DNA of 64,000 nt. It comes from Octopus vulgaris. Its lineage: Eukaryota. The position numbers and the translations under genes are program-made. A model generated the notes under the pieces. That model had not been told where the DNA came from, searched no databases, and saw only the letters and a program-made list of their open reading frames with translations. This document shows, in pieces, positions 1 to 14,549 of the stretch (position 1 is the stretch's first letter; the number at the start of each line of letters is the position of its first letter). Location: the NCBI GenBank assembly GCA_951406725.2, contig OX597826.1, forward strand, positions 58,280,001-58,344,000, read 5' to 3'.

Positions 1-110
1 CATTTTTGCTGAACCGATAGGTTACGGGGATGTAAACAAACCATCACCAGTTGTCAAGCTCCGGTATGGGACAAGCACAGACTCAACGACTCTCTCTCTC
101 TCTCACACAC
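1..110 (-). mobile_element. SINE family A, partial 3' half cut by the window edge
   Basis: ttttgctgaaccgataggttacggggatgtaaaca matches the family A body seen at 19336-19746. Confidence 0.6.
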
Positions 111-443
111 AGGCACACACACGCACACACATACATATATATAATATTATATACGCAAGCGTGGTGTGTGATAAGAAGCTTGCTTCCCAACCACATGGTT
201 CCGGGTTCAGTCCCACTGCGTGACACCTTGAGCAAGTGTCTTCTACTATATCCTCAGGCCGACTAAAGCCTTGTGACTAGATTTAGTATACAGAAACTGA
301 AAGAAGCCTGTCGTATGTATGTATGTATGTATGTATGTATGTATGTATGTATGTATGTATGTATGTATGTATGTATGTATGTATGTATGTATGTATGTAT
401 GTATGTGTGTGTATGTGTGTGTATGTGTGTATGTATGTATGTG

Positions 444-510
<67 letters not shown>

Positions 511-514
<4 letters not shown>

Positions 515-668
515 AGCCACTACACATTTTTTATTTTCTCTTCTTGTTTTCTTTCTGTGTTCCTTCTGTGGAAGAGCGTGGGCTCGAAACGTTAAAGACT
601 TTTTTCACTTTTCGAGCGTTATACTAATACACTACACCACCTGTTTTTGTCTTTTTTTGTGTGATTTC

Positions 669-672
<4 letters not shown>
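511..672 (+). mobile_element. Penelope-like element 3' end with degenerate minimal hammerhead ribozyme
   Basis: CTGTGGA-AGAGC-gtgg-GCTC-GAAACGTT at 566-593 in a pyrimidine-rich context, ending in (TA)n. Related to 6385-6610 and 31555-31755. Confidence 0.55.
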
Positions 673-728
<56 letters not shown>

Positions 729-731
<3 letters not shown>

Positions 732-1097
732 GACTTACGGAATGGAGTAGGTAAGATCCGGACTATATATGTTTCATAGTGAGCGGAACCTCAGAAGTGC
801 AGAAGTGATTAAAGTCCAAGCGAGGTGTATACTGCCGGCCACTCTTCAGGTCAAGTATATCTTGATAAAATTAAAGGTTACATTGTTGCAAGGAGATACA
901 TGTTGACTCATGGAAGATTCAATCAGAATTAATTCGTCACGCGTCAGTATGACTTCCTTGCGACGATGTAAACTTTAATTTTATCAAGATATCATTGACC
1001 TGAAGAGTAGCCAGTGGTATACATCTCGCCTGAGGTTCCGCCCGCTATGAGACATATGTAGCCCGGATCTTATCAGTTCCTTTCCGTCACTCACCCG
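729..1097. mobile_element. Fold-back (palindromic) MITE-like element
   Basis: acggaatggagtaggtaagatccggactatatatgtttcatagtgagcggaacctcag is mirrored by ctgaggttccgcccgctatgagacatatgtagcccggatcttatcagttcctttccgt. Pairing continues to a short loop near 920-937. Confidence 0.8.
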
Positions 1098-1206
1098 CCA
1101 AAACTAGTTGCCTACCATGGAATGTAAAAAGAACATTTTTCAGCCTATCGTTCTTCGATACGAAAAGAAAACAAAAAATCCACACAGCCACTGAAAGAAG
1201 GCCGTC

Positions 1207-1317
<111 letters not shown>

Positions 1318-2121
1318 AATGTATGTATGTATGTATTTATGTAATGTATGTATGTATGCGTGTGTGTATACGTTTGTGTGTCTGTGTTTGTCTCCCCAAC
1401 ACCGTTTGTCAACCGATGCTGGTGTGTTTACGTCCCCGTAACTCAGCGGTTAGGCAAAAGAGACCGATAGAATAAGTACTAGGCTTCCAAAGAATAAGTC
1501 CTGGGGTCGAGTTGCTCGACTAAAAGGTAGGTGGTGCTCCAGCATGGCCACAGTCAAATGACTGAAACATCTAAAAGAGTAAAAGACAGTCTACTCTGCA
1601 GAGCTATAAACATCTAAAAGCTACTTATAAACACAGTTTTTTGTGTATTAGTAAATACTACAAAAAAAAAACAAAAAAACAAAAAAAAAAATCATACACA
1701 AATGTGTCTCGGTTGTGATTAAGTAAAGATTGGATGAAATCTCTTTAGTATTGTAGGCATATTCTTATAATTAAAAAGAAAGGAAGCAAAGAAAACCGTA
1801 AAGTTTTGATTTGATGTCAAATTAACTTGGTTCTGTAATTATCATAATCTCAGCTTTTTTATTCATTCAATGGTTGTGATGTGTAACATTATAAAGACAT
1901 ACATAGACAATAACAACAACACATACTGACTTATACACGCACCCATATATATATACACACACACACATACATTCATACACATACATACACAAACAAGCAC
2001 AAACGAAAATACGAACCACACAAAATGAAAGGCAATGAGCGTTTAAGGAGTAACAAAAATGAATAGTGATATATATGTGTGTGTGTGTGTGTTTATATGC
2101 ATATGTATGTATACGTATATA

Positions 2122-2165
<44 letters not shown>

Positions 2166-2171
2166 GTGTGT

Positions 2172-2439
2172 TCTTTTACTTTTACTTGTTTCAGTCGTTT
2201 GACTGCGACCATGCTGGAGCAACGGCTTAAAGGGGTTCAGTTGAAGAACACGACCTCGGAACTTATGCTTTGTAAGCCTAGTACGTATTCTATCGGTCTC
2301 TTTACGTTATTGAGACGTAAACATACCAACATCGGTTGTCAAGCGATAGTGGGAGACAAACACACACACAAATATATAAATATATATTTGTGTGTGTGTG
2401 TGTATGCATACACACACACACACACACACACACATTCAT

Positions 2440-2482
<43 letters not shown>

Positions 2483-2572
2483 CGACAGGCTTATTAGAGT
2501 TTCCGTCTACCAAATCCACTCATAAGGCTTTGGTCGGCTCAAGGCTATAGTAGAAGACACTTACTCAAAGGG
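2172..2572 (-). mobile_element. SINE family A copy, 5' truncated
   Basis: cttttacttgtttcagtcgtttgactgcgaccatgctggagc...gtttccgtctaccaaatccactcataaggctttggtcggc, with an internal (CA)/(TA) tract. Confidence 0.8.
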
Positions 2573-2574
2573 CC

Positions 2575-2657
2575 TCAATAAACACTCACAACGCCCGGTT
2601 TGGGAATCGAAACCGCGATCCTACAACCGCAAGTCCGATGCCCTAACCACTGGGTCA
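2575..2657 (-). mobile_element. SINE family C head fragment
   Basis: ctcaataaacactcacaacgcccggtttgggaatcgaaaccgcgatcc is near-identical to 7746-7830. Confidence 0.7.
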
Positions 2658-3120
2658 TATATATATAGGTATGGGCCATATATATATATATGTATGTATG
2701 TGTGTTTCTGCATGTGTTTGTGTATGTGTCCGTACCCCACTACTGCTTGTTTACGCCCCCGCTCATAATAAGTACCAAGCAAAAAAAAAAAGAAAAAAGA
2801 AAAGGGTTGGTGGGCTCGATTGTTCAACTAGGGTTTAGTTAATAAACCCTTGAACGTGGTGCTCGTGGTTGGCCGCAGTCAGACGACACAAGCAAGTAAA
2901 AAATAAAAGGTAGAAGATTTGATGAAATGGAAAGATAGAATGGAAATAAAATAAGAAATGGAAAACTAATAAACAAATAATAAAAAAACAAACAAAAGCA
3001 CAACGAAATACAAATGTAAAACAAAGTCAAATGAAAAGAGCGGCATCTATTTAAGATGAAAAAAACAACATCAATAATAATAATAATAATAATAACAACA
3101 ACAACAACATCCTCAAGGAC

Positions 3121-3189
<69 letters not shown>

Positions 3190-3517
3190 GGAGGTAAACA
3201 CATAAATGTGAAGCAAGGTGGAAAAAAGAGTACTCAAATACCAGTGGTAGAGTATATATATATATATATGTATATACAAACGTACATACATACATACATA
3301 TAGTGAAATGGAAAGTGCGATGTTTGCTTAAGCAGAAATAAAATCTTCAACAAAAATATTGAAGTCGGAACATTATGAAGTGTCGAAAACTGCTAAAATA
3401 ATTTTGTTTGCTGTGCTGTTTTGCTATAACTGTCCGTACGCACCATGTTATTATAATGGCGTAAATAACATTATGTCAGCCATATAAGCATCAGACATTT
3501 GGAGTTATAGAAGGAGA

Positions 3518-3550
<33 letters not shown>

Positions 3551-3774
3551 ATATATATATATATGGAGAGAGAGAGAGAGAGAGAGAGATCTTATGTTGT
3601 GTGGCAGCCAGCAACAGCATTACAAGGCGTAAAATTAAATAAAGTACGTTAGCCATACTTTTAAGATGAAGTAGTAGAAAGCGAATATGAGTTTGCGTGG
3701 AATTCTTATCTGAAAAATATGTATAACGGACGAACACGTTTTGATATTTGATAATAATAATAAAAGTAACAAAG

Positions 3775-4400
3775 TCTGGCACCAGGCCAGCAATTTCGGG
3801 AGAAGGGTAAGTTCGTTACATCTACCCTCAGTGCTCAAGTGGTAGTTATTTTATCGGCCCTGGAAGGATGAAAGGTAAAGTCGATCACGAGGAGAATTTG
3901 AACTGGAAAAGTAATGACGGACGAAATGTCCCTAAGTATTTTGTTCTGCCCGGCCATCACCGTAATAATGATACTAATAACCCTTTCTGCTATAGGCACA
4001 AGGCCTAAAACTTTAGGAGAGAGGGGTGTAAGTCGATCACATTGACCTCATTACTTGACTGATACTTAACTTATCGACCCGAAAGAATGAAAGGCAAAGT
4101 CGACCTCGGCTGAATTTGAAGTCGAAACACAAAAAGAGCGACGAAATGTCGCTAAGCATTTCTCCTGGCATGTTTAACGATTCTGCCAAATCGCCGTCTT
4201 AATGATAATAATAATAATCTTTTCGACTCTAGGCACAAAGCCTGCAATTTGGCAGGGGGGGGGGACCAGTCGAGTAGATCGACCCAGTATACAACTGGTA
4301 CTTAATTTATCGAGCTCGAAATGATGAAAGGCAAAGTCGACCTCGGTGGAATTCGCACCACTCAGAACGTAGCAGCAGACGAAATACCGCTAAGCATTTC
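3775..4400 (-). mobile_element. Three head-to-tail copies of SINE family B
   Basis: The motif tacttaatttatcgaccccgaaaggatgaaaggcaaagtcgacctcggcggaatttgaa recurs in degenerate form near 3850, 4070 and 4305, separated by (AAT)-type tails. Confidence 0.8.
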
Positions 4401-4504
4401 GTGGTGGTGGTGGTGGTGGTTGTGGTAGCAGCGGTGGTAATGATGGTGGTAGCTGGTCGAGTAGTAGTGGTTGTAGTAGTAGTAGTAGTACCAGGAGCAG
4501 TAGC

Positions 4505-4572
<68 letters not shown>

Positions 4573-5049
4573 AAGTAGTAGTAAGGGTGATGGTAGGAAT
4601 AGTAAAGACAAAAATAATTCAAAGGCACACCTTCACTCCCTCAACTACCCCCCCCCACAAAATGTAATATAACTAACAATTTCAAACCAATAACGTGTAT
4701 CATGCACTAATGTGGAACTAAGTGAATGGTATAGCAGCAGCTAATGGCATCTACGTATGTATGTATATATATATATATATGTATATATATAGCTAATGGC
4801 ATCTACGCATACACACACACACACATATATGTTTGTGTGTCGGGGGCGGGGTAACTGGGGAGAAAGAGAATGAGAAAGTAAAAAAAATAGAGAAAGCGAT
4901 AGAGAGGCTCTGGATATATTACCATCGGAGTAGAAAATATGCCGAAGGTGGAATGCATATATATACTAAGGACCAATTACTTTTGGAAAAATTATTACTT
5001 TTAGTATCGTAGGAAATGACGTACAAATGCTGAGCAGGCGGAGATATAG

Positions 5050-5742
<693 letters not shown>

Positions 5743-6302
5743 CTAGCACAAACACTGACGCGCATGTTTTTATGCGAGGTTACAATGATAAACAATTTAT
5801 TAGTTGAGTACATATTTATTAAGTTTTACGAGGATAAGTTTGACAGTGCCTTCGAAGTCCTGGCTTAGCACTGTTTATATATTCTGCTCGAAGTTACTGT
5901 CAACATTTTCATTGTAAACATACGTGTGTGTGTGTGTGTTTTTGAATGTGTATAGGTAAGATCTAAGGACCATACGTATTTTAATATTGTTCCTTAACAA
6001 ATTTAGACACTTACCCTCTCCCATATATTATTTCTTCTGAAACATGTTTTCCCTTTTGTTCTCTCACTCTGTGTTTTCCTCGCATTTTCGATCAAATTTC
6101 CTGCGTGTTAATAAGGAATCCCTGGACGACAATGTAAGCTTCATTTGACTAAGGTATCTTTGGCTGGACGAGTAGCTAGCAGATTACTCCTCGTTTGGGT
6201 AATTACTACTTTCGAGGTTCTGTTGGCTATGAAACATATGTGGCCTGGATTTTTTCCACTTCATTCCTTAAATTTGGATATATATATGTGTGTGTGTATG
6301 TG

Positions 6303-6363
<61 letters not shown>

Positions 6364-6384
6364 CTGTTTCTGTGTCTATGTGTC

Positions 6385-6610
6385 TCACTTCAGCCATGTA
6401 ACGACACGTGCTTTTCTCGGACCGTTTTTTTTTTCCTTCCCTCCAGACCTTTCTTCTTTCCTCTTTCTGACGAAGAGCCATGCCAGAAACGTTACACCCT
6501 TCTTAAACACTGAACGTCAGTCTAATAATTAACTATGTACGTCTTTCTGACTTCTTTTGTTTGCGTTTCCAATTTTGGTTTTATTTTCGTTTTTATTTGG
6601 GATTTGCTTA
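6385..6610 (+). mobile_element. Penelope-like 3' end with minimal hammerhead core
   Basis: CTGACGA-AGAGCcatGCCA-GAAACGTT at 6467-6493. Confidence 0.5.
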
Positions 6611-6707
<97 letters not shown>

Positions 6708-6714
6708 ATATCTT

Positions 6715-6910
6715 TTATCTTTTACTTGTTTTAGTCAATAGACTGCGGCCATGCTGGGGCACCGCTTTGAATTTGATAGTGGAATGAATCGCCCCTTGTA
6801 TTTATTTTTTAAGCCTAGCACTTTTTTTATCAGCCTATTACGCCGAACCGCTATGTTATGGGGGCGTAAACACACCAAGCGGGTTTGTGGGGACAAACAC
6901 AGACACAAGA
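6715..6910 (-). mobile_element. SINE family A 3' half
   Basis: tttacttgttttagtcaatagactgcggccatgctggggcaccgc...gccgaaccgctatgttatggggg...ggggacaaacacagacaca. Confidence 0.75.
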
Positions 6911-6984
6911 ACACACACACACATACACACGCACACACACACAAACACACACAGATACTCACTCACTCACACACACACACACAT

Positions 6985-7043
<59 letters not shown>

Positions 7044-7454
7044 TATATATAAATTTATATATATATTTATATATGTATATAAGCTAGATCATTCTTAACG
7101 GTGGAACGCGAAATTGAAAAAGAATATGGTGAATGTGAATTTTTCGCGTATATAACACTGAAACTTTTCTGTGTTATGTAACATCTTTAGTGAAATATAT
7201 TACTTACTAGTACTATGACTCAAAGATGATTAGAGAGATATATAGACTGTTGCTTAATAGCCAATGAATGCTGTAAGAAGTAGTTCCGATCGACGGAAAA
7301 GCCTGTCCGTAAGATTTAACGTGCAAGCGACTGAGTACGGTAAAGACACGAGTAACCTTGACATAGTTCTCAGGGAGATTTAGCGTGACACAGAATGTGA
7401 CAATACACTAACCACTAAGATACTCGCCATCATAAAGAAGGTATATGAAACAAT

Positions 7455-7840
7455 ATGGTGGAAGCACTCCGTCGGTTACGACGATGAGGGTTCCGGTTGT
7501 TCCGATCAACGGAACAGCCTGCTCGTGAAATTAACGTGTAAGTGGCTGAGCACTCCACAGACACGTGTACCCTTAACGTAGTTCTCGGGGATATTCAGCG
7601 TGACACAGAGAGTGACAAGGCCGGCCCTTTGAAATACAGTTACAACAGAAACAGGAAGTAAGAGTGAGAGAAAGTTGTGGTGAAAGAGTACAGCAGGGAT
7701 CACCACCATCCCTGCCGGAGCCTCGTGGAGCTTTAGGTGTTTTCGCTCAATAAACACTCACAACGCCCGGTCTGGGAATCGAAACCGCGATCCTACGACC
7801 GCGAGTCCACTGCCCTAACCACTGGGCCATTGCGCCTCCA
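7455..7840 (-). mobile_element. Full-length tRNA-derived SINE family C
   Basis: Minus strand starts gaggcgcaatggcccagtggttagggcagtggactcgcggtcgtaggatcgcggtttcgattccc (A and B boxes). The 3' body is shared with 20605-20932 and 58281-58592. A partial copy lies at ~7280-7405. Confidence 0.85.
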
Positions 7841-8675
7841 TGAAACAATATATTGCAGCACTTACTCCATAGTAAGGTTTCAACTGATGATAATTTACAG
7901 CCGGGCTGTTTTAGCAGCGTTTATAGGTCCCTAACTAAATCTGTGCTCTGGAGCCTTCATTGACAGCAAGCTATAGCATACATAGATCAGAATTGGGTTG
8001 GGCCCCTAGACCCGCGAGGCCCGGGAAACTGACCAGTGTGACAATACTTTTAGACACTATTGCCTTAGGAAAGAAAAACACTTGTGTTGAGTGACATACT
8101 GTAGGATCGAATCTGGGATCTCGTGGATGCGTGGTAAAGGTGTTAACCACATGACCATGTTTAAAATAGTTCCATGTTTTAAAAGCAAGATCCTCATTCG
8201 AAATTCCTCAGTACGGGTTCAATTTCAACCCTCGTCACATTTGCGAGATCTCCCTTCGACAAATAAGGAATAACGTATCATACAACAAAGGCCCCTAATG
8301 GAGAGAGAGAGAGACAAAAGAAGAAGAAGAATGAAGCAGAGTAAGATTGAGAGATGATAAGAGAATTAGAAAGAAAGAAAGAGAGGGTGAGAGAATGAAG
8401 GAGAGGGGGGGAGGGTGTGATGGAAAGTATTTATGACGTAGGGTTAACATCCATGACCAAATACCGTGCCCCGCCCCGACTTTTTTTTCTGCCCAGCCTC
8501 CCAGATTATAAACGTCTATCAAGAGAAGAGATGAATTGTTACTTATTGTCTGTGTACATTAACTTGTCTGTCCTGTTTGGGCGTAATGAAGCGTATATCT
8601 CGTCTTCGTAAATAATCGTGCAAGGTTTTCAACGATAGCCCCTGCTCCGCCTCCGCCATCAGACAAAACGAAACG

Positions 8676-8710
<35 letters not shown>

Positions 8711-8846
8711 CAAAGATATGACGTCGGGGAGATAGAGGGGGAAATATTAAATACAGAGACATAGATAGACACAGACAGACAGACAGACAGACAGGCATAG
8801 GCAGATAAAGATATGCATAGACAGAGGGAATTACATATATATATAA

Positions 8847-8896
<50 letters not shown>

Positions 8897-9251
8897 CAAA
8901 GGATGAGGAGGAGTAGGAGGAGGAGATGGAGAAACGATAATGAGTCATTGAAAATCAGCCAATGGGTCATGGTAAGAATATGCCATTGTTCCTCTTTGAA
9001 TATTTAGCATATATATATATATATATATGTATGTATATATGTATATATATGTGTGTGTGTGTGTACATACATATATATATGTGTACATACATATATATAT
9101 GTTTATATCTATATATATGTTTATATGTTTATATATATATATATATATCCATGTTTGTATGTACGTTCGTAGATGCGTAAGTATATATGTGTGAGTGTGT
9201 ACCTATGTATGCAAATAATAAATATGCGTATATATACATATATATACATAC

Positions 9252-9321
<70 letters not shown>

Positions 9322-9656
9322 TTCTTCACAAGCGTTTACTGTAATACTAGAAGAATACCTGGGTGTTTGCCTGGGAAATATTAAGAACGTTGTCGGTGGT
9401 AAATTTTTTAAATGGAAATAATCGTAATTCTGCATAAATTAATTATTTTAAACACAATATCTTTAGTATTTGTAACACCCCCTCACATGCCAATATATTC
9501 CTATTTTAATTGTTAAAATATTACTCATGTTTTACCGACCCACTGTAAAAGGAAATATCTCAGAGCCATTCCAGTGGAGACAATCCAGGTACTATATATA
9601 TGTAAATAAATATAAATATATGTTTGTGTGTTTGAGCGTGCGCCCGCGTGTGTGTA

Positions 9657-9813
9657 GGCGCAGGCGTGGTTGAAGACACTTACTTCTCAACTAGGTGGTT
9701 CTGGGTTCAGTCCCACAGCGCAGCAACTTGGGCAAGTGTCTTCTACTATAGCCTCGGGCCATCTAAAGCCTTGTGAGTTGACTTGGTAGACGGAAACTGA
9801 AAGAAGCCCTGCG

Positions 9814-9856
<43 letters not shown>

Positions 9857-10040
9857 TTGTGCCCCATCATCGGCTTGACAACCGATGTTGGTGTGTTTAC
9901 GTCTCCGTAAAAAAAGCCCGACGGAATAAGTACTAGGCTTACAAAGAATAGGTCCTAGAGTCGATTTCTTCGACTAAAACCCTTTAAGGCGGTGCTCCAA
10001 CATAGCAGCAGTCTAATAAATGAAGCAAGTAAAAGAATAA
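9657..10040 (+). mobile_element. SINE family A copy
   Basis: ggcgcaggcgtgg...gggttcagtcccacagcgcagcaacttgggcaagtgtcttctactatagcc...aaggcggtgctccaacatagcagcagtc. Confidence 0.85.
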
Positions 10041-10158
<118 letters not shown>

Positions 10159-10449
10159 CAGACCCACATATGATACTAAGTTTTGCAAGAAACTTCCTCC
10201 CGTGAACCTTTTAATATTTAGTTTATCTTCAGATTTCTTCGTGTCTAATCATTGGACTATTATTTTCTTTTCAAGCTTCTTTTTTCCCTCTCTGTGTTCC
10301 TAACCCATCACCCAAAATCTTAGCCTTAAATTCTGCCACTAAACTTGACCATAAAGTTACCATAAGATTTTAACCATACAATCTTATTCATAAAACTATA
10401 TATAGTTTTCTTCATTGCTCTATGTTTCTCTAATGTTTAACATATACTG

Positions 10450-11035
<586 letters not shown>

Positions 11036-11489
11036 TATATCTAATGCAACAAACAGTTACCATAATTTCTAAAATAGAAAAGGCACTGTCGGTTGTATAC
11101 TTTGAAACGGAGAATTTGAGTGCTGGAAAAGTATTTAAAAATAGAAATGAAATTAAAAATAGTTTTTCATAATCATAAAAGATTTTCTGTGAAGAATTGA
11201 AATAACTTTTAGCTGCTGGAGTTCATATTGAACAACTTCGCCAACATTTAATGTTTAATGTTCTTTACGTTACATTTTCATCATCTTTTCTCATTTGTCC
11301 TTCTCTCTCTCTTTCTCTCTCTCTCTCACATACGTACACACACATCCCCCCCACACACATCCACACACACACACACACACACTCTCTCTCTTTATCTATC
11401 TATCTATCCTCTCCTTCCTCTCACCACCCGAGGTAGTTATGTCTCTCCTCTACCACAAGTCTCTTTTTTCCTGTCCCTCAATACGTCAA

Positions 11490-12210
11490 TACTACTCTCA
11501 CCTCAGTTGAATAGTCTTGTTTTGCAGTTTACTCGGTGACCTCACTGCTGCTGGTGCCACGTAAAAATGCACCCAGTGCACTTTAAGTTGTTGGCATTAG
11601 GGAGGACATCCAGCCGTAGAAACAACACCAAAGCAGACAGCAGAACTTGGTGAAGTCTTCTGAGTCACTAGTTTCTTATCTCTTTATTGCCCACAGGGGG
11701 CTAAACATAGAGGGGACAAACAAGGACAGACAAAGGGATTAAGTCGATTATACCGACTCCAGTGTGTAACTGGTACTTAATTTATCGATCCCGAAAGGAT
11801 GAAAGGCAAAGTCGACCTGGGCGGAATTTGAACTCAGAACGTAGCAGCAGACGAAATACCTATTTCTTTACTACCCACAAAGGGCTAAACACAGAGGACA
11901 CAAACAAGGACAGACAGACGGATTAAGTCGATTACATCGACCCTAGTGCGTCACTAGTACTTAATTTATCGACCCCGAAAGGATGAAAGGCAAAGTCGAC
12001 CTCGGCGGAATTTGAACCCAGAACGTAACGGAAGATGAAATACCAATAAGCATTTCGCCCGGCGTGCGAACGTTTCTGTCAGCTCGCCGCCATAAACTGA
12101 CTCACTAGTTTCTGTCAAACCGTCCAACCCATACCAGTATGAAAAACGAACGTTAAATGATGATGATGATGATGATAATGATGACGATGATGATGATGAT
12201 GACGATGACT
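11490..12210 (+). mobile_element. Short retroposon with (ATG)n tail, host of a nested SINE B dimer
   Basis: gttggcattagggaggacatccagccgtagaaac...tgtcaaaccgtccaacccataccagtatgaaaaacgaacgttaaatgatgatg. The tail resembles RTE-partnered SINEs. Confidence 0.6.
11677..12096 (-). mobile_element. SINE family B partial dimer with 17-bp TSD
   Basis: Two tandem units. Flanks are ctgagtcactagtttct (11660-11676) and ctgactcactagtttct (12097-12113). Confidence 0.85.
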
Positions 12211-12314
12211 ATAGTTTATAGTAAATGTATATCGTGCACATGTAGTTGATTTGTTGGCACCGTCTCATAATTATGTGGCTTCTCAACACTTTTAAATATG
12301 AACGCATTTATAAG

Positions 12315-12540
12315 CTAAGTTAAGTTAATTTTTTGGCTCAAAAAGCAAAAAGCAAGGCCATGTAGGGGGACATGGAGTTATGTACAGGGTGGTGTTCATG
12401 CAAAGAGTTCAGGCCATTTGTGGTCAAGGGAGACTTTGAACCGAGTGGTCGTCGGCATCTTTACTATCTCGTCCGGCAGCTTATTCCACTGATCCGCAAC
12501 CCGGACGGAGAAAGCCCCTCTCCTTCGATTGAGATGAAAT
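12315..12540 (-). mobile_element. CR1-clade LINE 3' end (ORF2 C-terminus, 3'UTR and short tandem tail)
   Basis: Minus strand reads FHLNRRRGAFSVRVADQWNKLPDEIVKMPTTTRFKVSLDHKWPELFA* (stop 12396-12398), the FSxRV..WNxLP..FK..LD pattern of CR1 ORF2. Tail is (TTAAC)n-like. Confidence 0.8.
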
Positions 12541-12967
12541 TTATATTGTAAAAAAGTTGGTAGCTTCTAGATAAAAAAAAAAAAATGGATTTTTTGCTCC
12601 CTAGAAATTGAAACCATTAGGACACGAACATTTCAGTTAACAGAAATGAGCCGGAGCATATTTTAAGGAATGGGTTTGTGGTTAAATGTACATTAGACAA
12701 ACCATTATCGTTTTTGCCTAAAATCGTGGAGCACACAGAGACAAACTGAATTATAAGTGATTAATAAAACAATATAGTCAATACTTATAATGCCACTGTT
12801 AGACATGTTTTAGTCTCTGGCATCAAGGCGCACTGTATTCTCTCTCAACTAATTTTACCGTTACTTTAATTGTTTCTGCACGTCGGATATCGCTTGACGA
12901 ATACCATTACTACTCTAGTACGCGCGCGTGCACACACACACACAAACATGCATACACACACCACCTC

Positions 12968-13011
<44 letters not shown>

Positions 13012-13544
13012 TTATAATAAGATTAGCTCGTATACGAGTGGGTATATATTTGTAAAAAATGAAGTTTGAAAATGCTGCTATATTAGACAAATTTTAATAT
13101 TTAACATGTTTCGGTTCTTGAAATGACGAACCTTATCAAAAAAAATTATATATAATAAAGGGAGTTCATGCTATATGTTTAAAGAGTATGATGTAATAGT
13201 TCATAATTGTGACATATATTCAATAGAGTCAAATATAAAAAATTCATATATAATATTCAATAGAGTCAAATGTATGTATGTATGTATGTATGTATGTATG
13301 TATGTATGTATGTATGTATGTATGTATAAATGTCTATATCTATATCTATCTATCTATCTTATCTATTTATCTATCGTTGACGCGTTGGCCTCGTAATCAT
13401 CGTCGTCATCATCTTTATCGTCGTCATTATCGTCACCTTAGTAGTGAGGATGATGATGACGATGATGATGATGGCCATCATGAGTAAAAGCTCATTACTG
13501 GTATCGTCATCATTATTCCTGTTGTCTTCGTCGTTGTCATCGTT

Positions 13545-13765
<221 letters not shown>

Positions 13766-13835
13766 TCATCACATGCCAACAATTCATGTGTTTCGGTAAC
13801 AAAATATATAAACGAATACCAGCATGAAAATTAAG

Positions 13836-13893
13836 CTTAGATCGAACTCGCACACTTGGATCGAACTCGCACACTTAGATCGAACTCGCACAC
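13836..13893. repeat. 3 x 19-bp tandem repeat CTT(A/G)GATCGAACTCGCACA
   Basis: Seen directly; no spacers between units. Confidence 0.85.
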
Positions 13894-14312
13894 ATACACC
13901 ATATACACACTCAACCACACACAGTTACACACCTATATACATACGCGTATATATGATATATACATGCCTACCCATACACATACAGCTATGCATGCATATG
14001 TATATATATCCAAAATACGCTCACGGAAATACATATACATACATACATACATACATACATACATACATACATACATGCATATATATGTCTATTTGTCTGC
14101 CTGTCTCTTTCTCTCTTCTCTTTCGCTCTCTCCCCTCTCTCTATATATATAGATTGATAGATCGATAGATAGATTGTATTTATGAATGAATAAAGGCGGT
14201 GCTCCAGTATGGCCGTAGTCAAATGACTGAAACAAAGAAACGAAAAAAGAATATATCTACCTATCTGCCTGTCTATATATATATACACACACATACACAC
14301 ACACACGCACAC

Positions 14313-14373
<61 letters not shown>

Positions 14374-14493
14374 GAGAGAGAGAGGAGGGAAAGAGCGAGT
14401 GAAAGAGACAGACAGACAGATAGATATTTCTAAGCCCATCTCATATACAGTGATAAACATTCATCCACAGTAAGTTGTGTAACACACACACAT

Positions 14494-14549
<56 letters not shown>

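Noticed and set aside
7770-7840. tRNA-like sequences (also 20605, 39010, 53666, 58281)
   Set aside because: They have A and B boxes but run into repeated SINE bodies and lack complete acceptor stems; SINE heads rather than tRNA genes.
13836-13893. 19-bp direct repeats resembling a mini-CRISPR
   Set aside because: No spacers, no cas genes, eukaryotic context.
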